Assembly (NCBI GenBank): GCA_029261165.1
Contig: JAJDBV010000006.1
Location: 33,656-97,655 of the forward strand
Source: Nitrospirota bacterium
GTDB lineage: Bacteria; Nitrospirota; Nitrospiria; SBBL01; JAADHI01
DNA length: 64,000 nt
Direction: 5' to 3'
Positions 9,138-20,338 of the stretch are shown here, one piece after another. The notes beneath the pieces were generated by a model. It had not been told where the DNA came from. It saw only the letters and a program-made list of their open reading frames with translations, and did no database searches. The stretch's first letter is position 1; each line of letters starts with the position of its first letter. Made by a program: the position numbers and the translations under genes.

Positions 9138-10433
9138 ATGAATCTGGTCGTTGTTGGAACCCAGTGGGGAGATGAAGGGAAGGGGAAAATTGTTGACCTT
9201 CTCTCGGAAGGAGCGGATTGTGTCGTCCGGTACCAGGGAGGGCACAATGCGGGTCATACGGTTGTGATCGGCGATGATTCTATCGTGCTTCATTTGATCC
9301 CGACCGGGCTGCTTCATTCTAAAAAGATCGGGGTTATCGGGAACGGCGTTGTTGTTGACCCGAAGGCCTTGCTTGAGGAGATCGCTTTATTGTCCTCGAA
9401 AGGAATAGATGTGTCGGGGCGGCTCTTTCTGAGCGAAGCAGCCCATCTCATCATGCCGTATCACAATGCAATTGATCAGGCCAGCGAGAAGAAAAAGGGG
9501 GCGCTGAAGATTGGAACAACCGGTCGAGGAATCGGTCCGGCCTATGGCGACAAAATGTCCCGTATCGGGATTCGTATTTCTGATCTGATTGACAAGGAAC
9601 AGTTTCGAGAGAAACTGGAGCGGAATGTTACCGAGATGAATTATTTTCTCCGCCAAATGTATCAGGCCGAGGGTTTTGATCTGGAAAAGATGTTCCAGGA
9701 ATATCTCAGCTATGCGGAACAGATAAAGCCCTTCGTCGCCGATACGAGCCTCCTTCTCAATGATGCGATGGATCGTGGCCGGGACCTTCTCTTTGAGGGT
9801 GCCCAGGGGACCCATCTTGATGTTGATCTGGGGACCTATCCCTATGTGACCTCCTCAAATTCAGGTGTTGGCGGGGCCTGTGCCGGGACGGGTGTCGGAC
9901 CCACACGGATTGATGAAGTCATAGGGGTCACCAAGGCCTACACAACACGGGTTGGAAGTGGACCATTCCCCTCCGAGTTAAACGGTGCAATGGGGGAGAC
10001 TTTGCGTAAAAAGGGAAACGAGTTTGGTGCGACAACGGGACGCCCCAGACGGTGTGGCTGGTTTGACGCTGTTCTGGTTCGTTACGCTGTGCGGGTCAAC
10101 CATCTTGTTTCACTGGCCGTGACAAAGCTGGATATTCTGGATGGTCTGCCGGAAATAGAGGTTTGTGTGGGGTATAAAGTGGGGGACAGAGTCTACCGGG
10201 AGATGCCTTCTTCATTGAGAACGCTGGAAACCTGTACGCCGGTCCTGGAGCGTTTTTCCGGTTGGGAGGATTCGACCTCGGGAGCAACCTCGTATGATCA
10301 GCTTCCCAAGAACGCAAAGGTTTATCTTGAAGCGATATCCGACCGGGTGGGTTGCAGGATTGACCTGATTTCAGCAAGTTCCAAGCGGGGAGAGACGATC
10401 GTACTCCGCGATCCCTTCCAGCAGAGTTCCTAA
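9138..10433 (+). CDS. purA: adenylosuccinate synthetase PurA
   Basis: MNLVVVGTQWGDEGKGKIVD..GGHNAGHTV..GTTGRGIGPAYGDK..GATTGRPRRCGWFD. The ATG at 9138 is preferred over the GTG at 9135. Confidence 0.95.
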   Translation: MNLVVVGTQWGDEGKGKIVDLLSEGADCVVRYQGGHNAGHTVVIGDDSIVLHLIPTGLLHSKKIGVIGNGVVVDPKALLEEIALLSSKGIDVSGRLFLSEAAHLIMPYHNAIDQASEKKKGALKIGTTGRGIGPAYGDKMSRIGIRISDLIDKEQFREKLERNVTEMNYFLRQMYQAEGFDLEKMFQEYLSYAEQIKPFVADTSLLLNDAMDRGRDLLFEGAQGTHLDVDLGTYPYVTSSNSGVGGACAGTGVGPTRIDEVIGVTKAYTTRVGSGPFPSELNGAMGETLRKKGNEFGATTGRPRRCGWFDAVLVRYAVRVNHLVSLAVTKLDILDGLPEIEVCVGYKVGDRVYREMPSSLRTLETCTPVLERFSGWEDSTSGATSYDQLPKNAKVYLEAISDRVGCRIDLISASSKRGETIVLRDPFQQSS

Positions 10434-10582
10434 CTATTCAGCACATCCCCTATTTCCCTCCATGGCAGCGTTGCTGCGGTGCTCGATCCTCACGTAAAAA
10501 CCCTACGCTCCGGTTCTGCGCTCCCCGCGCCTTACCCTGAAGGATGGGTCTCGCGAAGCCAAAATACTCGCATGCTGAATAG
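10434..10582 (+). repeat. MITE/REP-like palindromic intergenic repeat, copy A (149 bp)
   Basis: Terminal inverted repeats CTATTCAGCA...TGCTGAATAG. It is about 85% identical to copy B (44445-44576) and to the reverse complement of copy C (53135-53284). It starts directly after the purA stop and sits between convergent genes. Confidence 0.8.
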
Positions 10583-10594
10583 TTATATAAGGTT

Positions 10595-11398
10595 TTAAGA
10601 ACTTCCAGGTTTAATTTTTTCTTTTATGAGTTCGGCTCCTTTTTTCCCGGAGAGGAGCATCGAGCCGAACGCAGGTCCCATTCTGGGGGTCCCAAAGGTT
10701 GCCGCGACCGAAAGCCCGACAACAAAGAGCTGAGGGTAGACTTCGCCGGTGTTCTTCATGACCATCTCTTCTGATCGATCCACCCACATCGCGCCATTTC
10801 CGGGGACCGCCTGATAGAGCTTTCTGTTGGACAAGAGTTGGAGCAGGACGGCGTCGTGCCCAGTCGCATCGACCATGATCTTCGATTCCAGTGCGATCGG
10901 GTCGATGTGCGCCGCGTCGTGTCCCATGGCTTCGACCGGATATGAATTGACAACCACCCCTTCGAGTCGTTGGTCTTCACCCCGGAGGACAAGATCGACG
11001 ACTTTTGTCATGTTCAGGACTTTCATCCCTGCATCGTATGCCGATCCAATCAGCTTTGCTGTGGCGTGCGGTGGGTCAACGATGTACATCTCTTTGGAAA
11101 TCTTCTTGCAGGGAACACCGATCTTGAGTAAGACTTCCTGGGCCGGATGTGCAATTGTTGCTTTATTCATCAGGTAACCGCCGTTCCAGAAGCCGCCACC
11201 TAAATGATTCAGCTGTTCGATCAGTACGACTTTGTACCCGGAAGAGGCCAGTTCTTTCCCACAGACGAGACCTGCGGGTCCACCCCCGACGATCAAGACA
11301 TCGGATTCGATCATTTGATCGAATGCCTGAAAATATTCACGCGCAATGTTCCGCGTGATATCTGCCTCTCTGAGAGGTTCAATTTCTCTGGGTTCCAT
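10595..11398 (-). CDS. thi4: Thi4-family thiazole synthase, His-type (non-Cys) variant
   Basis: FAD-binding VLIVGGGPAGL, plus GGGFWNGG and VDATGHDA. The sequence NSYPVEAMGHDAAHIDPI aligns with yeast NWTLVTQAHGTQCCMDPN and places His164 at the sulfur-donor Cys205 position. Confidence 0.85.
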   Translation of the reverse strand: MEPREIEPLREADITRNIAREYFQAFDQMIESDVLIVGGGPAGLVCGKELASSGYKVVLIEQLNHLGGGFWNGGYLMNKATIAHPAQEVLLKIGVPCKKISKEMYIVDPPHATAKLIGSAYDAGMKVLNMTKVVDLVLRGEDQRLEGVVVNSYPVEAMGHDAAHIDPIALESKIMVDATGHDAVLLQLLSNRKLYQAVPGNGAMWVDRSEEMVMKNTGEVYPQLFVVGLSVAATFGTPRMGPAFGSMLLSGKKGAELIKEKIKPGSS

Positions 11399-11433
11399 GA
11401 CCTGTTTCTCCTTAAAAAGGTGAGGGACCTGTT

Positions 11434-13492
<2,059 letters not shown>

Positions 13493-13495
13493 TGC

Positions 13496-13525
13496 ATTAT
13501 GGCATAGGTTTTCAGGCTGCGTCAA
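13496..13525 (-). promoter_or_regulatory. candidate sigma-70 promoter of the thiC-thi4 operon
   Basis: On the minus strand: TTGACG, an 18-nt spacer, then CATAAT, immediately upstream of the riboswitch. Confidence 0.5.
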
Positions 13526-13565
13526 TTCCAGCACCCATAATCGACCTCTTCGCAGAGGGAGGGTT

Positions 13566-14510
13566 TCATAATATGAAGAGGACCACGATATAGCCCGCAT
13601 AGATGCCGAGGAGAAGGAGGCCTTCCCATCGCCTCAAGACAAAGCCGGTCCGAAGCAAAGGGAAAAGAAGAAGGCTTAGGCCGAGCATGAGAGGGAGGTC
13701 CCGCACAAGGAGGTCGGATCGCATAGGGAGAGGTTTTGCGATAGATGATGTGCCGAGAACGCCGAGAAGGTTGAAGATGTTACTTCCGAGAACATTCCCG
13801 ATTGCAATATCGTCTTTATTGCGCCATACAGCGAGCAAAGAGGTGGCTATTTCCGGCAGGGACGTCCCAATGGCAATGACGGTCAATCCGATGATTAATT
13901 CCGAAATTCCGGCGATTCGCGCCAGCCCCACACCACCATCCACCAAAAAATCTGCACCCCCAACTAGACAAGTAAATCCGAGAATGAGTTTTCCGAAATT
14001 GATGAGGAGTCCATTCTGCTTTGCCTCTCCTTCATTGTATTCTGCTTCAACCTCGGGGCGTTCTCCTTTGGACCAGCGATAGAGTAAGAGGATGTATGCA
14101 AGTAGTCCGGTAAAGAGGAATACTCCGCTCCATCTTGAGATCTCCCCGATGGTGCCGAAGATGAAGAGTCCACTGCTTAGGGCAATCAAAAGGGGGACTT
14201 CAAAGCGAATAAGACGCATCTGGACCTTCAAAGGACGTATGAGCGCCGCCAGCCCGAGGGCAAGGCAGATATTGCTGATATTGCTTCCAACAACGTTTCC
14301 GACGGCGACGTCCCCCTGGCCGCCAAGGCTGGCAAATATCCCCACGGCCATCTCCGGAGCAGAGGTTCCCAATGCAACGATGGTCAAGCCGACGACCAGG
14401 GGGCTGACCCCGAAACGTCTTGCGAGGTTTGAGGCGCCGGAAACCAGTACATCCCCCCCAAGGGTTAAAAGGAGAAGCCCGATGAGAAGCCATAAAAGAT
14501 GAATCAACAT
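13566..14510 (-). CDS. CaCA-family calcium/sodium antiporter (YrbG-like)
   Basis: Polytopic membrane protein carrying both alpha-repeats (GTSAPEMAV..GNVVGSNISN and GTSLPEIATS..GNVLGSNIFN). Confidence 0.85.
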   Translation of the reverse strand: MLIHLLWLLIGLLLLTLGGDVLVSGASNLARRFGVSPLVVGLTIVALGTSAPEMAVGIFASLGGQGDVAVGNVVGSNISNICLALGLAALIRPLKVQMRLIRFEVPLLIALSSGLFIFGTIGEISRWSGVFLFTGLLAYILLLYRWSKGERPEVEAEYNEGEAKQNGLLINFGKLILGFTCLVGGADFLVDGGVGLARIAGISELIIGLTVIAIGTSLPEIATSLLAVWRNKDDIAIGNVLGSNIFNLLGVLGTSSIAKPLPMRSDLLVRDLPLMLGLSLLLFPLLRTGFVLRRWEGLLLLGIYAGYIVVLFIL

Positions 14511-14543
14511 GTGTGTGGCGATTTCCTTAATTAGGGATTGTGG

Positions 14544-15704
14544 TCATTCCAGATCCAGGTTGATCTCTTTCATGAGGGATCGGAGGGGGCGCCCTTCTTT
14601 TTCAGCAATACGTTTTACATCCCTGAATTCTGGGCGTTGTCGTGTGGCCTCCCCATTTCTAAATGCGGTCTTGGTTTGAACGCCTCCATGTCGTGTTGTT
14701 TTGGTATTGATTGTTCTTTTGAGTGTTTGCCGGGCGATCTTTTGGATCCGAACCCCAAGAGTGGTCGTTTCGTCAAAGAGGACCTTGACCATCTTATCAG
14801 ATTGCTCGGGTGAAGAGAGAACCGTGATCAAGATGGCCGGTCGTCCCTTTTTCATGATAATCGGGGTAAGCGTGACATCGAGCGCACCGGCTTCAAAAAG
14901 TGTGTCGAAAACATGTTCATAAATTTGGGGATTCATGTCATCGATATTGGTCTCAATCTGGACCACTTCGTCTTCTCCAAGGACCTCCTCTTGATGCCCG
15001 ATGAAGAGGCGCAAAAGGTTTGGCTGATCATAGTCGTGACTACCCGCACCGAGGCCAATCTTTTTGACCGTCATCGAGGGGAGGGGGATAAAGTCAGAGG
15101 CGAGGCTTGAAATGATGGCCGCTCCCGTTGGCGTGGTCAATTCTCCCTTAATGCCTGTGGCAAAGACGGGAATGCCTTTTAAGAGATATGCGGTCGCGGG
15201 GGCCGGAAGCGGGAAGGTGTGCCCTGAGGTTTTTTTAAGGCCCGTACCGACTTGGACAGCAGAGGCATAGATCCGGTCTATTTTGAGGAGAGAGAGTCCG
15301 GAAAGTGCGCCGACCACATCAATCAGGGTATCGACATCGCCCACTTCATGGAGACGGGTATTTGAAATCCGCTTTCCGTGTGCAGAGGCCTCAGCTTGTG
15401 CCAGACGCTTGAAGATCTCAAGGGCCTTTTCCTTCATCCCCTTGGTGAGAAGGCTTTTCAGAAGGTGTTTCTCAATCTGGGAGAATGTTTGAAAAGAGGG
15501 GAGCCTTTTCGGGTTGAGGACATCAACTTTGGTGCCGGCCAGTCCGCCCCGGCGAACACGGCGTTTCTTCAACAGGCATCGGGGTAGCTTCAAGCGGTCA
15601 AGTGCATCCTGAAGATCCCCGATCTTGACCCCTGCATCGACAAGGGCACCCAGGATCATGTCACCGCTAATTCCCGAGAAACAGTCAAAATAGGCGACAT
15701 TCAT
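14544..15704 (-). CDS. larC: LarC-family nickel insertion protein (DUF111)
   Basis: N-terminus MNVAYFDCFSGISGDMILGALVDAGV and the overall DUF111/LarC layout. Confidence 0.8.
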   Translation of the reverse strand: MNVAYFDCFSGISGDMILGALVDAGVKIGDLQDALDRLKLPRCLLKKRRVRRGGLAGTKVDVLNPKRLPSFQTFSQIEKHLLKSLLTKGMKEKALEIFKRLAQAEASAHGKRISNTRLHEVGDVDTLIDVVGALSGLSLLKIDRIYASAVQVGTGLKKTSGHTFPLPAPATAYLLKGIPVFATGIKGELTTPTGAAIISSLASDFIPLPSMTVKKIGLGAGSHDYDQPNLLRLFIGHQEEVLGEDEVVQIETNIDDMNPQIYEHVFDTLFEAGALDVTLTPIIMKKGRPAILITVLSSPEQSDKMVKVLFDETTTLGVRIQKIARQTLKRTINTKTTRHGGVQTKTAFRNGEATRQRPEFRDVKRIAEKEGRPLRSLMKEINLDLE

Positions 15705-15752
15705 TCTAGATCTCTTTATCTGCCCGCGGGGGCGGGGAAAATGTGTGGGGGA

Positions 15753-16385
15753 TTATTTATGAGCGATAATATAGGCAAACTCGGCTTCAATTGTCGTTAA
15801 GATCCCAATGCCGTAGGCCTCGTCGGGCGGCGTTTCATTATGAAGCCGTTCATGATCTTCCAGAACATTAATGGTTTCTGTGACCCATTCTCCTTTTTTG
15901 GCAGACCCACTTTCCAGAACGATCACTGTTGGGCGGAAAAAACCGCCGGAGATCTCTGAGCCGACCGCTTTAAGACTGCTCCACGCATATTTCGTGATCT
16001 TTGGGATGCCGAGGATGTCGGTGCCCAGGGAGACATAGAGGGTTGCGTTCTTTTCCTTTTGTGGATCATTCGGGACATCGATCATCCGCCACTTCCAGGA
16101 GATGAATGGATATTCATTCGGGTTCCACTTTATCTTTTTAAAGATCCGGTTCGGCCGACCGTTGGCGTACAGATAAGAGAGGTCGCCCTTTTTTTTAAAC
16201 TGATAAATTTTAGTCGGTTCAGGGTTTTCCCGGTTCGCTTTCCAGCCTACGGGAAGACCCTTTTCGCCAATTTCAGAGAAATCTTCGAGGACAACTGATT
16301 CGCCAATTTCCCCGGTCCACCCCCGGATGGGACTCAGAGCAAGAAGGAGTAACGCAAACAAATAAATGGGGTGTCGTAATCTCAT
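15753..16385 (-). CDS. secreted protein, DUF3047-like
   Basis: Has a signal peptide. The beta-rich sequence with ISWKWRM is reminiscent of DUF3047. This assignment comes from memory of the family only. Confidence 0.45.
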   Translation of the reverse strand: MRLRHPIYLFALLLLALSPIRGWTGEIGESVVLEDFSEIGEKGLPVGWKANRENPEPTKIYQFKKKGDLSYLYANGRPNRIFKKIKWNPNEYPFISWKWRMIDVPNDPQKEKNATLYVSLGTDILGIPKITKYAWSSLKAVGSEISGGFFRPTVIVLESGSAKKGEWVTETINVLEDHERLHNETPPDEAYGIGILTTIEAEFAYIIAHK

Positions 16386-16463
16386 GGTGCTGTACTCCTT
16401 ATTGAGGGGTTTGTCTTAATTAAGCCTAGATATTAACAGAAATGATGGCTGACTTCCAAGGGG

Positions 16464-18281
16464 ATGGGGATTCTTGCCATTTGCTCCCTTCTCATCATCG
16501 TCTGTGATATGATGTCCGGTGTAAAATTTCGATCCCAAGCGTGGACTATATTTGTGAAATTCTCAACCCTTGTCAGTTATTTTGAAAAGCTTGAGTCTAC
16601 TAGGAAACGGCTGGAGATGTTTGACATCTTGGCGGAGCTCTTTCGGCAGTTAAATGCGTCGGAAATTGATAAGGCCATTTACATGACCCAGGGAGAACTT
16701 CTCCCTCCTTTTCATGGGATTAATATCGGGATGTCGGAGAAATATCTCCTTCGGTCGATTTCTGAAGGGGCGGGTGTTGACCTGAAGGAGGTTTCTCAAA
16801 AATACAAGAATCTTGGAGATATTGGAAAGGTTTCAGAAAAATATTTTAAAAATGAGGGCAAGGAAATTTCTGTTGAAGAAGTCTATCAGCAGGTTCATGA
16901 GGTCGCTTCCGTAAGCGGAGAGGGGAGTGTTGATCTTAAGATTCTTGCCGTCGCCACGCTTCTCGGAACGGTTTCTTCAGTCGAGGCAAAATATATTGCA
17001 AGATTTTTGGTCGGGAAACTCCGCTTGGGCGCTGGGGATGCGACCGTTCTGGAAGCTTTGGCCCTTTCAAAAGGGGACCGGTCATATCGCGCCTTTCTTG
17101 ATCGGGCGTATCACATAACTTCTGACCTGGGGCTCGTGGGTAAGACGTTCTTCCAATCCGGAGAGCAAGGGGTTCGGGATATTTCAGTACGTCTTGGCTA
17201 TCCGATTCGACCGGCCCTTTGTGAGCGCCTTTCGTCATCCGAAGAGATTATAGAAAAAATCGGACGCTGTTCGGTCGAGGTGAAGTATGATGGCTTCAGG
17301 TGTCAGGTGCATCAGGGAATAGAGGACTTTGCCATCTTTTCGAGGAACCAGGAGCGAACGACGCCAATGTTTCCAGAGATTGCGGCGGCCATGCGTCAAG
17401 TGTTCCCTAATGAAGAGGTGATCCTGGAAGGGGAAGCCCTCGCATACGATGAGGTGACGGGTGATCTTTCTCCTTTTCAGGTGACGATCCAGAGAAGAAG
17501 GAAGCACGGGATCACCGAATTGGCTCAAAAAGTTCCCCTGCGTTTTTTTGTCTTTGATCTTTTATACTATAAGGGTGAGGATTTTACGGGCCGCCCCTAT
17601 GTCGAACGCCGGAGTAAGCTGGTGGAACTCATCGAAAAAAATGATGTCATAGAAGTCTCCAAGGCCCTCGAAACAGAAGATCCGGAGGAGGTGACGCAGT
17701 TTTTTGATGAAGCGGTCGAACAAGGCCTGGAAGGCATTGTGGTCAAACGTCTCGATGGTCCTTACGCAGCCGGTTCCCGAAACTTCAACTGGATCAAGCT
17801 GAAGCGAAGCTACAAAGGAGAGCTCTCTGACACGGTCGATCTTTGTATTATCGGTTACTATGCGGGAAAAGGAAAACGGGCAAATTTTGGGATCGGGACT
17901 ATCCTCAGTGCTGTATACGACAAGGATTCTGATCGTTTTAAGACGATCTCCAAGATCGGGACAGGGTTTTCAGAGGATGAATTGATTCAACTCAAAGAAC
18001 TCCTGGATCAGATCCGCTCTCCTGAGTGTCCCGTAGGGGTTGATTCTGAAATGACGCCGGATGTCTGGGTTGCTCCCAAGTATATTATCACGGTCACTGC
18101 GGATGAGATTACCCGCTCTCCCAGCCATACCGCAGGACGAGACGCGGAAGGAATCGGCTATGCGCTCCGTTTCCCGCGTGTGCAAGGATTTATCCGACCT
18201 GACAAGTCGGAGAAAGAGGCAACGACGGTTTCAGAGGTTGTTACAATGTTTAAGCAGCAAAAAAACGTGAAGATAGTCTAG
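16464..18281 (+). CDS. ATP-dependent DNA ligase, Lig1/archaeal-type (DBD + adenylation + OB)
   Basis: Motif I VEVKYDGFR, III EGEALAYD, IIIa FVFDLLY, IV EGIVVKR and V NWIKLKRSY, with a long N-terminal DNA-binding domain. The start is uncertain (ATG 16464 or 16509, or GTG 16554). Confidence 0.85.
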   Translation: MGILAICSLLIIVCDMMSGVKFRSQAWTIFVKFSTLVSYFEKLESTRKRLEMFDILAELFRQLNASEIDKAIYMTQGELLPPFHGINIGMSEKYLLRSISEGAGVDLKEVSQKYKNLGDIGKVSEKYFKNEGKEISVEEVYQQVHEVASVSGEGSVDLKILAVATLLGTVSSVEAKYIARFLVGKLRLGAGDATVLEALALSKGDRSYRAFLDRAYHITSDLGLVGKTFFQSGEQGVRDISVRLGYPIRPALCERLSSSEEIIEKIGRCSVEVKYDGFRCQVHQGIEDFAIFSRNQERTTPMFPEIAAAMRQVFPNEEVILEGEALAYDEVTGDLSPFQVTIQRRRKHGITELAQKVPLRFFVFDLLYYKGEDFTGRPYVERRSKLVELIEKNDVIEVSKALETEDPEEVTQFFDEAVEQGLEGIVVKRLDGPYAAGSRNFNWIKLKRSYKGELSDTVDLCIIGYYAGKGKRANFGIGTILSAVYDKDSDRFKTISKIGTGFSEDELIQLKELLDQIRSPECPVGVDSEMTPDVWVAPKYIITVTADEITRSPSHTAGRDAEGIGYALRFPRVQGFIRPDKSEKEATTVSEVVTMFKQQKNVKIV

Positions 18282-18283
18282 CG

Positions 18284-19618
18284 ATGTTTCTTTTGATCTT
18301 AAAGACAAAATTACGGGCGTTGCGAAGGATTCTTGCTGAGGATTGGGCGACCTACTTTATCCTCGGCCCGGTCATGGTCGGATCTGTCGTGCTGCTGGCT
18401 AAGCGTATTTTTAAAGATTTTGCCGCAGATATTGGTGCAGTTCAGGCTGTAGAACTATCAGAAGAAACCGTTCTCAGAGTTGCAATTATGTTGTTATTCT
18501 TAAAGATATTCTTTAATTTTCTCCCGCTCGCAAGACGTTTTTATCCTACAGAGCGGCGGCTTACAATAGAGGATCTCATGCCGATCACTTTTGAGATCCG
18601 CTACCAGGTCTTTTACGTTGAACAGCTGGTTCGGGACCTCCCATTTTTTATCGGGGTGACTTTCATCCTGATGTTTTTTGGGCAGACCAGCCTCGTCCCT
18701 TGGGCTTTGATGATATGGCTTTTCTTTCCCGGCATTGAGATCGGGTTTACCTTGATGTGGATCCATTTTCGATCCCCCAACCGGGTCGAGCTTTTATGTT
18801 TTCTTCTTCTGCTCTCCTACCTTTTTTGGACCCTCCCAATTGAATCACTTGGGTTTTGGGGTGATTTCATGACCCCGATATTGGTTCTGATGGGATATTG
18901 GGGATTCGGAAAATGGCGGTATCGTGATATTGGCCGCTTTGAACAATCGTTTAGCCGAGGTCAAGAAGGGAAAAGCCTATCCGAGCTGATTCCGTCATTT
19001 TCCTGTGGCCTTGTCCGCATTCTTCCGCTTACGGTTGGTTCTCAGGTATGGCGTGATTTGATCCTGACCTTCCGTAATTTTGTGCCCGCTTTTTGGAGAA
19101 ACCTTTCCCTGGCGGGAGCATGTTGTCTGGCGGTTGCGGTGCGGGGAGCCCTTTCTCCAATTGCGATCTGCGCCGGAGCGGTCTTTTTGATGGCAACAAC
19201 GGCATCCCCGCTTTTTGCCCTGCAACGCCCATTTCGTGCATCCGATTTTGTTCTACCGATTCCGCAGGAGCGGGTCTGGCGTGCAAAAGTAATCTATGCC
19301 ATTCTGATTTCACTTCCGATTCCGTGGATCGTCTGGGGGATTGAAATGTGGGTTCGGCCCATATCGCCCTCAGGGGCCTTGAACCTCTTGTTCACGCTCC
19401 TGCTCCTCTGCATTGCCGTGGCTGCACTGACGGGTGGAACGATTTGCGAGGGTGATCAGAAACCGGCGCTCCATCTCATCATCGCCGGCTTCCTGACTGT
19501 TCTGGCAACGCTTTTTATCGGGGCCTTTCATCCCGCACTCTTTGTACTCGTTTTTCCCGTCTTAAATTATTTTCGGGGTGCCGCGGCGTTCCGGCTTGAA
19601 CATGAGGAGTTTAGCTAG
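18284..19618 (+). CDS. polytopic membrane protein, putative ABC-exporter permease
   Basis: About 10 hydrophobic segments. The N-terminus LKTKLRALRR is typical of putative-ABC-exporter proteins. It starts 2 nt after the ligase stop. Confidence 0.55.
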   Translation: MFLLILKTKLRALRRILAEDWATYFILGPVMVGSVVLLAKRIFKDFAADIGAVQAVELSEETVLRVAIMLLFLKIFFNFLPLARRFYPTERRLTIEDLMPITFEIRYQVFYVEQLVRDLPFFIGVTFILMFFGQTSLVPWALMIWLFFPGIEIGFTLMWIHFRSPNRVELLCFLLLLSYLFWTLPIESLGFWGDFMTPILVLMGYWGFGKWRYRDIGRFEQSFSRGQEGKSLSELIPSFSCGLVRILPLTVGSQVWRDLILTFRNFVPAFWRNLSLAGACCLAVAVRGALSPIAICAGAVFLMATTASPLFALQRPFRASDFVLPIPQERVWRAKVIYAILISLPIPWIVWGIEMWVRPISPSGALNLLFTLLLLCIAVAALTGGTICEGDQKPALHLIIAGFLTVLATLFIGAFHPALFVLVFPVLNYFRGAAAFRLEHEEFS

Positions 19619-19621
19619 ACC

Positions 19622-20338
19622 ATGCTGATCCATTTATCAGGCATTACAAAGCATTACGGCACGTTCAGGGCCTTGGCTCCTCTTGATCTAAAAGTTGATG
19701 GTGAAATCTGGGGGATTATCGGAAATAACGGGGCAGGGAAGTCCACCTTGATGAAGATGATTGTCGGTCTTCTCCCTCCGGACCAGGGAAAAATAGAGAT
19801 TGGGGGAAAGCGCATCAAGAACGAGCCCGAGATGATAAAAAAGCAGATTGGATACCTTCCGGAATCTCCAATGCTCTATCCAAGATTGACGGCGGAGGAA
19901 TTGTTGACCTACATCGGGGAGATCAAGGAGATCTCAGAGGTGGGCAAAGAAGTCGATCACTGGCTTAAAATTTTTGGACTTTCGGAAAAGAGAAAGTCAT
20001 TGTTGAGCGATCTTTCTTATGGGATGAAGAAGAAGATCGGCCTCTCATCGGCATTTCTCGGTCGGCCGCCTCTCCTGGTACTGGACGAGCCTTTTAATGG
20101 ACTGGACGTCGCGACGATGGAACTCTTGGCAAAAATTATTACAGAATCGAATCGTGCGGGGGCGACGGTACTGATCTCTAGCCACCTGATGGAGTATATC
20201 CACCGCCTTTGCCAACAGGTTCTGATCCTTAAAGGAGGAATTGTGGTTGGGGAAGGGAGACCGGAGTCCTTAAAAAGAGAAGCCAAAGCCGCTTCATTTC
20301 ATGATACGTTTTTGCACTTTATCCAGGGGAGAGAATGA
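19622..20338 (+). CDS. ABC transporter ATP-binding protein
   Basis: Walker A GNNGAGKST, signature LSYGMKKK and Walker B LLVLDEP. Confidence 0.9.
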   Translation: MLIHLSGITKHYGTFRALAPLDLKVDGEIWGIIGNNGAGKSTLMKMIVGLLPPDQGKIEIGGKRIKNEPEMIKKQIGYLPESPMLYPRLTAEELLTYIGEIKEISEVGKEVDHWLKIFGLSEKRKSLLSDLSYGMKKKIGLSSAFLGRPPLLVLDEPFNGLDVATMELLAKIITESNRAGATVLISSHLMEYIHRLCQQVLILKGGIVVGEGRPESLKREAKAASFHDTFLHFIQGRE

